Shown: in pieces, positions 42,569-49,430 of the stretch | Layout: each line of letters opens with the position of its first letter | Numbering within the stretch: the stretch's first letter is position 1 | NCBI GenBank assembly: GCA_947624055.1 | Contig: CANQIW010000001.1 | Span: 1 to 49,430, forward strand | DNA length: 49,430 bases | Direction: 5' to 3' | Origin: an uncultured Lachnospiraceae bacterium | Lineage (GTDB): Bacteria; Bacillota; Clostridia; Lachnospirales; Lachnospiraceae | Program-made: the position numbers and the translations under genes | The notes under the pieces: generated by a model | Seen by the model: the letters and a program-made list of their open reading frames with translations, nothing else | What the model was told of the DNA's origin: nothing | Databases searched by the model: none

Positions 42569-43459
42569 ATGGAGCAAAATCAAAATCCAAACACCTCTTT
42601 TTTGCAAAACATGAGTGGTCCGCTCGACTACCCGCTTACAAACGACTACATGTTCCGCGCTCTCATGCAAAGCAGCAACAGCAGCTTGCGACATCTGCTC
42701 GCAGCACTTCTGGATATCACCTATGGGGAAATCTTCTCCTGCGAAATCCTCAACCCCATCATTCTCGGCGAAGCCATCGACCATAAGACCTGTGTCATGG
42801 ATATACGCGTCCGCATGAATAACGACCGATTAATCAACCTTGAGATGCAAATGTATCCCTTTGCAGCCTGGCCAAACCGCGCCTTGTTTTACCTCTGCCG
42901 CCTCTACTGCAGCATAGAGCGCGGACAAGACTACGGCAATGCTCTTCCTTCCGTACATATCGGCATTCTGTCCAAATCTCCTTTTCCGGATGTCCACAAG
43001 TTTTACAGCAAGTATGAGCTCGCAGATACGGAAAATCCGGAAAATATCCATGTTTTTACTGGCAATTTCTCGATCCATGTGTTAGACTTAAGCCAGCTGG
43101 ACAATGTCCCGGAAGAGCAGCCCTCTTCAGAAATTTTCACTTGGGCGCGGCTATTCCGGGCCACTACATGGGAGGAGATCAAAATGCTTGCAGAAGAAAA
43201 CAAAGCAATTCAGGAAGTATCCGAACATCTGCACATCCTTACCAAAGATGAAAAGATCCGCCTTCAATGCGAAGGGCGCGAGATGTACGAACGTGACATG
43301 GCAAGCGCTCGCGGCGATGGAAAAAGGATTATCAATCGCCTCAATCAGCTGCTTCTTGACGATGATCGTCTGGATGATCTGAAGCGTGCCGTGAAAGATC
43401 CTGATTACCAAGAACAACTGATGCAGGAATACGGAATCATATCTGGCAGGGGGCTGTAA
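42569..43459 (+). CDS. Rpn family PD-(D/E)XK nuclease (PDDEXK_2 / 'putative transposase')
   Basis: LTNDYMF, MDIRV...INLEMQ, RALFY and HVLDL motifs; opposite strand to its neighbours. Confidence 0.88.
   Translation: MEQNQNPNTSFLQNMSGPLDYPLTNDYMFRALMQSSNSSLRHLLAALLDITYGEIFSCEILNPIILGEAIDHKTCVMDIRVRMNNDRLINLEMQMYPFAAWPNRALFYLCRLYCSIERGQDYGNALPSVHIGILSKSPFPDVHKFYSKYELADTENPENIHVFTGNFSIHVLDLSQLDNVPEEQPSSEIFTWARLFRATTWEEIKMLAEENKAIQEVSEHLHILTKDEKIRLQCEGREMYERDMASARGDGKRIINRLNQLLLDDDRLDDLKRAVKDPDYQEQLMQEYGIISGRGL
43184..43459 (+). CDS. Putative internal in-frame small protein (RpnS-like antitoxin, 91 aa)
   Basis: GGAGGAG-6 nt-ATG in frame with rpn, after the nuclease domain. Confidence 0.6.
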   Translation: MLAEENKAIQEVSEHLHILTKDEKIRLQCEGREMYERDMASARGDGKRIINRLNQLLLDDDRLDDLKRAVKDPDYQEQLMQEYGIISGRGL

Positions 43460-43482
43460 AGCCCCTCCTGCCTTTCCTTTTA
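43445..43482 (+). terminator. Intrinsic terminator between convergent rpn and the carboxyltransferase gene
   Basis: GGCAGGGGGCT-GTAA-AGCCCCTCCTGCC followed by a T-rich run. Confidence 0.7.
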
Positions 43483-43483
43483 G

Positions 43484-45100
43484 TCAAAGCGGAATATTCC
43501 CATGCGGCCTGTATCCCACCGCCATTCTGTCCTTCATTTTCAAAACTTTAAACGCGTTCCGTATTCTGTTCTTTGTCTCCTCCGGTGAAATAACCTCGTC
43601 AATATATCCCTGTCTGGCAGCAAAATACGGGTTCATGAATTTTTCCTGATACTCTTGTATCTTCTGCCGCCTTTCCGCCTCAGAATCCTCCGCACGCGCA
43701 ATTTCCTTTCGAAAGACGACGTTTACCGCGCCTTCTGCGCCCAAAACTGCCAACTGGGCGATCGGCCAGGCATACACCAGATCTGCTCCGATGTCTTTGG
43801 AATTCATCGCGATATATGCTCCGCCGTATGCCTTGCGCATCACCAACGTCACCTTCGGCACAGTTGCCTCGGAATATGCGTACAAAAGCTTTGCGCCACG
43901 CCGTATAATACCGTCCTCCTCCTGTCTCTTTCCGGGAAAAAATCCCGGCGTATCCACCAGTGTCAGCAGTGGTATAGAAAAACAGTCACAGAAGCGGATA
44001 AATCGTGCCGCTTTCTCAGACGCTCTTGTATCCAGACTCCCTCCCAGCACCAACGGCTGGTTTGCCACAACGCCAGTCACGCCGCCATCTATTGTCCCAA
44101 ATCCTATGACAAGATTTTTCGCATATGCCTCTTTTACTTCATAGAAGCTATCTTTGTCCACGATGATCTCAATCACCTGACGAACGTCATATACCTTCCG
44201 CTGATCATCGGGGACGAGCTCTTCCAGCTTCGCGCTTCTGTCTTCCCGATCTTCCTGAAGCATCTGCCGCCTGTGCAAAGCCTCCTTGCCAAATACAGTT
44301 TTGTCCTCCCACACACTCTCATCTGTGTCATTACTTCTTACAACGGGATATATATAATCCATAAACCGTCTGGTCTGCCTGATCGCTTCTTCATCATCTT
44401 CGCAGACAAAATCCGTCGCACCACTGACTTCACTGTGTATCTGATATCCGCCCAACTCTTCTGCCGAAATTTCCTCCCCGATCACTTCCTTCACAACACC
44501 GGGACCTGTGATGAACATCCGGGCAGTCTTCTTTGTCATAAAAGTAAAATCGCACAGTGCAGGCAGGTAACTGGAACCTCCCACCGAATATCCCAGAAGC
44601 AGAGCGATCTGCGGAATCCTGCCGGAACATCTTGTATTCCTTCGAAATATGCCGCTGTACCCGGAGAGCGCCGCAACTCCTTCCTCTACTCTTGCTCCTC
44701 CACTGTCTATCAAAAAGACGATCGGACATTTGTTCTCATAGGCCATATCCTGGATCCGGCAGATCTTCACCCCATGAACCTTCCCCAGGCTTCCTCCCAG
44801 CACCGTCGCATCCTGCGCAGCCGCATATACAATACGCCCGTGAATGAGACCCCAGCCGGTGACCACACCGTCTCCCGAGCGTCTCTTCACAGCCATACCA
44901 AAGTCTGTGCTTCCGGATTCCGCATACTGATCCAATTCATGGAAAGTCTCTTTGTCAAAGAGCAGGGACAGGCGTTCCCTTGCGGTCAGCTTTCCCGCCG
45001 CATGCTGGCGCTCTCTTTTGTCTGCTCCTGCTGCATCAGCCTGACAGATCTGAGTTCTTCGATTTTTCAGTTCTGTTTTGTATCTCTCATTCCACGCCAT
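43484..45100 (-). CDS. Acyl-CoA carboxylase/decarboxylase carboxyltransferase subunit (PccB/MmdA-like)
   Basis: GKLTARER, GDGVVTG, DSGGAR, VDTPGF, RKAYGGAY and HGNIPL motifs. Confidence 0.93.
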   Translation of the reverse strand: MAWNERYKTELKNRRTQICQADAAGADKRERQHAAGKLTARERLSLLFDKETFHELDQYAESGSTDFGMAVKRRSGDGVVTGWGLIHGRIVYAAAQDATVLGGSLGKVHGVKICRIQDMAYENKCPIVFLIDSGGARVEEGVAALSGYSGIFRRNTRCSGRIPQIALLLGYSVGGSSYLPALCDFTFMTKKTARMFITGPGVVKEVIGEEISAEELGGYQIHSEVSGATDFVCEDDEEAIRQTRRFMDYIYPVVRSNDTDESVWEDKTVFGKEALHRRQMLQEDREDRSAKLEELVPDDQRKVYDVRQVIEIIVDKDSFYEVKEAYAKNLVIGFGTIDGGVTGVVANQPLVLGGSLDTRASEKAARFIRFCDCFSIPLLTLVDTPGFFPGKRQEEDGIIRRGAKLLYAYSEATVPKVTLVMRKAYGGAYIAMNSKDIGADLVYAWPIAQLAVLGAEGAVNVVFRKEIARAEDSEAERRQKIQEYQEKFMNPYFAARQGYIDEVISPEETKNRIRNAFKVLKMKDRMAVGYRPHGNIPL

Positions 45101-45241
45101 CCAGTTCTCAACCGCCTTGAATCATTTATCTCAAGCCATTCGCTTGTCCTTTAATCATCTGCAGTCGTTGAGACCGCCGTCTTATATCGCAACCGTTCAA
45201 ATTTATCTAAAGCCGTCTCTTCGGCAACATCCCGTCCGAGA

Positions 45242-45793
45242 TTACACGGAGTAGCCTGCCTTTTGCATAATACGCCGTATTTTTTCACGCGCGATTCTGG
45301 CATTTTCTCTCGTCGTATTTCCTCTTCGAATCATTTTTCCTCTTTTGTCCATTTCAGGTTCGCCGAGGATCCCACCAAACCACTCATTCCACCTGATGGC
45401 CGGCGCATTGTCAGCCTCAACCCATCCGATGATATGATCCATCTGAAGCGTTTCAAACTCGAACTCTGACATCAACAGACCTGCCTCAATCTTCTGGAAG
45501 GCATCGCCATACATCGCCAGGCGTCCTCCTTCTCCCATGTTCCCTTCTATGTCATAAATTCCTATCGTCCCGATCCGGTTTCCCTGCTTGTCCCATACGA
45601 CAAAAAAGTAACCGTTCTCTTCCTCACGCTGTTTCCTGATCCACTCACGCTGCTGATCCAACGTGATATCGATACGCGGCAGATGCTTTGTTATCTCAGG
45701 ATCCTGTCTGATTGATAAAGTAAATTCCGCATCATCGATTTCCACAGCCTTCAAATCCACAAGCTTTCCGCTGATTATTTTTTCATAAACCAT
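45242..45793 (-). CDS. GNAT N-acyltransferase
   Basis: DAEFTLSIR, IGTIGIY and NAPAIRWN motifs; follows the aminotransferase gene. Confidence 0.78.
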   Translation of the reverse strand: MVYEKIISGKLVDLKAVEIDDAEFTLSIRQDPEITKHLPRIDITLDQQREWIRKQREEENGYFFVVWDKQGNRIGTIGIYDIEGNMGEGGRLAMYGDAFQKIEAGLLMSEFEFETLQMDHIIGWVEADNAPAIRWNEWFGGILGEPEMDKRGKMIRRGNTTRENARIAREKIRRIMQKAGYSV

Positions 45794-45803
45794 TATTCTA
45801 ACC

Positions 45804-46940
45804 TCACTTATTTACAAAATCCCTGATCACGCCGCAAATCCTCCTGACGTCCTCATAGGTGACATACATGTTCATCGGGAGGCTGATCGTATGCTCGCTT
45901 ACATAGTCGGAATATGGACAGGTTCCTTTTGCATACGAATACATCTTATAGTTAATGTTGCTGGCGTAATGTACTCCCGGATAAATGTCCGCAGCATTCA
46001 GCGCCATCATCAGCTCATCCCTGTTGTCAGCACAGATCTGGAACAAATGATAAGAGCTCTCGCAGCCTTCTTCGATTCTGACTGTCTGCACCTTGTCCCC
46101 GCATTCCCCCAGCGCTTCCCTATACCATGCGGCCAGCTGTCTCCGGTATGCGTTATCACGATCCAGATATTTCAGCTGCACGAGGCCAATCGCAGCCATC
46201 ACAGAATTGCCGTGACCCTTTTCGCCCACATACTCAACATCGTATCTCCATTTATAATTGCCCATGTTCTGAGTTCTCGCGTATGTATCCTTGTTGATCC
46301 CGAGCCACGACTTCTTACGAACAATCTCGTCCAGCCGTCCGTCCCGGAAGCAGATCATACCGGAATCTGCCGTGGGAAGGTTCTTTACTGCCTGAAACGA
46401 GTAGACAACCACCTCCGCCTCACGTCCCGGAATCTTGCCCTTATACCGCGTTCCTGCCATATGCGCGGCGTCAAGAATCAGCTTGAGTCCATGCTCCTCA
46501 CAGATTTTTACGATCTCATAGTAATGTCCCATATTACCGCCAAGCCCCACATACATGACTGCACGGGTCTTGTCCGTGATGCGTTCTCTCACAGACTCCG
46601 GCGTCAGGCACATGGTATCGTCGATATCGGCAAAGACCGCTTTCATACCAGATCTCAAGATCGCATGGTTGGATGTGACAAAAGTAATAGGCGTTGTGAT
46701 AATCTCGTCACCGTCTGCCCAACCGTACTCCTCTTTCAGAATATCAACCGCCATATAGAGACCAATCGTGGAAGAATTCAGAAAGTGCGCAAATGGAAGC
46801 CCTGTATATGCTTTCCATGCATTCTCAAACTCCACGGTCTTGAAACCAAGACCCGTCCATCCCACATCCAGACACTCCCGGATCTGTGCAAGACATTCCT
46901 CCACCTCATATTTTGCTTTGAATAACTGTATTCCCGCCAT
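45804..46940 (-). CDS. DegT/DnrJ/EryC1/StrS-family sugar aminotransferase
   Basis: DAAH, SFQAVKN, GVHY and ISLP motifs; start reassigned to MAGIQLFK. Confidence 0.92.
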   Translation of the reverse strand: MAGIQLFKAKYEVEECLAQIRECLDVGWTGLGFKTVEFENAWKAYTGLPFAHFLNSSTIGLYMAVDILKEEYGWADGDEIITTPITFVTSNHAILRSGMKAVFADIDDTMCLTPESVRERITDKTRAVMYVGLGGNMGHYYEIVKICEEHGLKLILDAAHMAGTRYKGKIPGREAEVVVYSFQAVKNLPTADSGMICFRDGRLDEIVRKKSWLGINKDTYARTQNMGNYKWRYDVEYVGEKGHGNSVMAAIGLVQLKYLDRDNAYRRQLAAWYREALGECGDKVQTVRIEEGCESSYHLFQICADNRDELMMALNAADIYPGVHYASNINYKMYSYAKGTCPYSDYVSEHTISLPMNMYVTYEDVRRICGVIRDFVNK

Positions 46941-47196
46941 CTTCCTTATCCCTGTCTCCTTTGTCTGCTTTTCTGTGAAACCGATGCTTTTGCCCGTAAT
47001 TCTTACCTGTAATATCTGCCTGTGGCACACAACCTTATCATGTCTGTTCCTACAGCAACCACCTGTACTTTTTTATGTTACTTCCCATCCGATTTCCTGC
47101 CAACCGACTATTCGTTTACCTTTGAGACGGTATTCCCTTCCCAGACAAAAGGCATGTATTCAGCTTTTCGAAAATTGCGTTTTCCTCAATCAAGCA

Positions 47197-48240
47197 TTAT
47201 CTCGCCCTCTGCATCCTTTCACAAAGGCTCAGAATATATTCTCCGTACTCCGTCCCTTTTTGCCTCTCACCGTGTTCCCTCAGCTGTTCCAGAGAAATAA
47301 AACCCCTTCGCCATGCAACCTCCTCTATACAATAAACATTCATTCCGCATTTGTCCTGAACGATTTTCAAAAATGTTGACGCCTCCTGAACATTCACCCA
47401 GTCGTCCACCTCAATCTCCACAAATCCACGATCCAAAACCTGCACATAAACATCCTGCTTCGATGCGTATTGCGCTATGTATGCAGCAACACCCTCTGCC
47501 TCCGCCATATGCGGCAGGAACCTTGCCGGGAAAAACAGAATCGGGATATCACTGAAATCATACTGCGTCCACAACGGCTCCTCTGATTCTGCGTTGACTA
47601 CCTTTCTATCCTGGTCTATCGCAATCCGCGGAGATGGGCGTCTCGTCCTCTTAGGCAACACAAGCATTGTAAACCGCTCCCGGTCCATCATCGCCTTCTG
47701 AAAAAACCGAGTTTGATCAACCCCATAGAGAAGACAGCGTCCATAGACCATCATAATATTGCCCGTCGACCCGCAAAGCTGTACCGAATCTCGAAGCGTT
47801 CCGTTCACCGTCCTCAGCCGAAGCCCATACCCGCTGCCGTCCCCGATCGTCTCATCAATATACCTCCTGTCCTCCTCCGGACATATGATCAGCACATCCC
47901 GGATTCCAACGAGCAAAAAGTAACTGAGCAAAAAGTAAACTAACGGTTTATCAAAAATGATTGTCCCTGCTCCAAGCCTGCAGGAGTTCTCTTCCATCAG
48001 AAGAATCCCCTGCCAGCCGCTGTCGTGATGGACAACGTCTCCGGCAAGCAGACTGTCCGTATCCGTGTCCAGAAGAATGGAGAGCTTCCGCAGACACCCG
48101 ATATCCGGCAGTCCAAGTCCCCTCTCCCATTTCGAGACCGCCTTATCGCTGATCCCGATCCGGTCGGCCAAATCTTTCTGGGTATAACCTGCCCGCTTCC
48201 GCAGATATGAAATTGCCTTACCGATTCGGTTCGCATCCAT
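47197..48240 (-). CDS. XRE-family HTH fused to a degenerate RmlA-like domain
   Basis: TQKDLADRIGISDKAVSKWERG HTH; the remainder aligns by eye with RfbA of this window; start MDANRIG after AGGAG. Confidence 0.85.
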   Translation of the reverse strand: MDANRIGKAISYLRKRAGYTQKDLADRIGISDKAVSKWERGLGLPDIGCLRKLSILLDTDTDSLLAGDVVHHDSGWQGILLMEENSCRLGAGTIIFDKPLVYFLLSYFLLVGIRDVLIICPEEDRRYIDETIGDGSGYGLRLRTVNGTLRDSVQLCGSTGNIMMVYGRCLLYGVDQTRFFQKAMMDRERFTMLVLPKRTRRPSPRIAIDQDRKVVNAESEEPLWTQYDFSDIPILFFPARFLPHMAEAEGVAAYIAQYASKQDVYVQVLDRGFVEIEVDDWVNVQEASTFLKIVQDKCGMNVYCIEEVAWRRGFISLEQLREHGERQKGTEYGEYILSLCERMQRAR

Positions 48241-48320
48241 TGGTATGCTCCTATGATTCCAAAATTCCAGATAGAGCAACAAACTAATCTCCAGAATATT
48301 AATTTTAATCCGAACAGTTG

Positions 48321-48563
48321 TTACTGCACTTTCGTCTGGATGATATCTACCATCTCTCCGACATTCTTCATACCATTGACCTGTCCCATATTGAACTTCA
48401 CGCCAAAGGCATTCTCCACCGCTACAATCAGGTTAATGTGTTCCAGCGAATCCCAGTCTTCAATATCATCCGCTGTGGTTGTATCGTTTACCACAATCGT
48501 CTCATCATCAAATACATCCCGAAACACCTCGTTCAGTTTCGTGTAAATCTCTTCTCTTGTCAT
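48321..48563 (-). CDS. Acyl carrier protein 3
   Basis: WDSLEHINL site; GGAGGA RBS before MTREEI. Confidence 0.92.
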   Translation of the reverse strand: MTREEIYTKLNEVFRDVFDDETIVVNDTTTADDIEDWDSLEHINLIVAVENAFGVKFNMGQVNGMKNVGEMVDIIQTKVQ

Positions 48564-48611
48564 TTTCATATCCTCCTTCATTCTTAAATTAACAGTCTTT
48601 TTCATCTACTT

Positions 48612-49004
48612 CTAATTCATTTCAAGTAATTCTATCATCCCTATATCTGCCGACATCATGAAAACAACCTTTGCGTCCTTCCCGATTGCTGGTGCCTCCT
48701 CCGCTTCCTTAAACAAGTGCCAGCCATCCTTTTCAAGTTTTTCGACGCTTTCCTCTAAGGATGGAACCCGATAGCATATATGGTAGGCTGTATTCTTATA
48801 TTTCTTCATCAGGCCATGCAGGGGGCTTGTCACCCTTGGTGCTACCAGTTCAACACGGTAGCCCCTCGAATCCAGGAAACAAATCTCTGCATCCCTACCT
48901 GCATCATAGGTCACAGCACCACCCATGCAAAAACCCAGACTTTTGAAAGCCTTTGCCGCATAATCTATCTTTTTTACCAGGTACCCGATATGGTGTATCT
49001 CCAT
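48612..49004 (-). CDS. VOC/glyoxalase-family protein (methylmalonyl-CoA epimerase-like)
   Basis: IHHIGY, VELVAP, YHICY and IELLE metal-binding pattern. Confidence 0.85.
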   Translation of the reverse strand: MEIHHIGYLVKKIDYAAKAFKSLGFCMGGAVTYDAGRDAEICFLDSRGYRVELVAPRVTSPLHGLMKKYKNTAYHICYRVPSLEESVEKLEKDGWHLFKEAEEAPAIGKDAKVVFMMSADIGMIELLEMN

Positions 49005-49019
49005 CTTCTTCTCCCATCC

Positions 49020-49430
49020 TTAATACTCTACTGTAATTACGTCTGTCTTATTTTTGTACTCCTTCGCTATCGCAAATCCCCATTCAGTATTGCCAGACGC
49101 ATCCTCCCGTATCTTCTCGAATCCCTGCAATGCGTAGAATTCCTTCACCATCGCATTTTTCGCTGTCGGATAATAATAGCCCCGGATCTCCTTCACGCCG
49201 CGCTCCTGACATCTCTTCACCAGTGCGTCCATCATTGCGAATTCCATGTCCCGTTTCAGGACGCGGCAGCTCATAATCCACAGATCTACATGGCATACAT
49301 CTTCCAGCACATGCCCAATTACCACGGATACCACTCCGTTGTCCCCGAAACGATCCTCCAGTTTCCCATACAGCGTGATATAGTTTCCGTCAGCCGCTGC
49401 CGCCTCGATCTCCGCCTGTGTATAACGCCT
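49020..49430 (-). CDS. FkbH-like (HAD-IIIC) protein, C-terminal part; 5' end outside the window
   Basis: RYTQAEI...LEDRFGDNGVV...WIMSCRVLKR...PTAKNAMV...FY motifs; the frame is open to the window edge. Confidence 0.88.
   Translation of the reverse strand, partial: RRYTQAEIEAAAADGNYITLYGKLEDRFGDNGVVSVVIGHVLEDVCHVDLWIMSCRVLKRDMEFAMMDALVKRCQERGVKEIRGYYYPTAKNAMVKEFYALQGFEKIREDASGNTEWGFAIAKEYKNKTDVITVEY

Noticed and set aside
42569..43459. IS element
   Set aside because: No terminal inverted repeats, target duplication or DDE motif seen; the Rpn 'transposase' label is not evidence of transposition.
43655..46925. 499-aa and 344-aa plus-strand ORFs
   Set aside because: Antisense to the carboxyltransferase and aminotransferase genes.
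46941..47196. Riboswitch or ncRNA in the ~250-bp leader of the aminotransferase
   Set aside because: No recognisable aptamer or convincing stems by eye; an Infernal/Rfam scan would be needed.

Overview
A 49.4-kb segment of a large surface-glycan locus, almost entirely on the minus strand, from what looks like a Clostridia/Lachnospiraceae-type Gram-positive (inferred from gene content and sigma-A promoters). The left half (1-25.6 kb, mostly GC-rich) encodes assembly and export: rmlB-A-C, wzm/wzt, a methyltransferase/kinase-like protein, four glycosyltransferases, a WecE-type aminotransferase, a priming phosphoglycosyltransferase, an LCP ligase, a YfhO-type membrane protein and partial glmS. 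Two different AT-rich AbiE toxin-antitoxin modules interrupt it. The right half (25.7-49.4 kb, lower GC) is an unusually large acyl-carrier-based tailoring cluster. It holds three ACPs, two FabH-like enzymes, FabD, FabZ, two SDRs, LuxC and LuxE homologues, an adenylating enzyme, an LDH-fold dehydrogenase with MDH-type Arg, a split transketolase, a fucose-isomerase-like protein, FkbM, partial FkbH, a VOC protein, a carboxyltransferase, an aminotransferase and two GNATs, plus an inserted Rpn nuclease. The most notable signals are: (i) three G9-G10 tracts within 4 kb of coding sequence, two frameshifting their genes and one in frame, suggesting combinatorial phase variation of the acyl pathway; (ii) an XRE HTH fused to a catalytically degenerate RmlA, a candidate nucleotide-sugar-sensing regulator; (iii) the Lux/Fab/transketolase pathway itself; and (iv) anti-phage TA modules embedded in the glycan locus. 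All assignments come from motifs read by eye; no searches were run.
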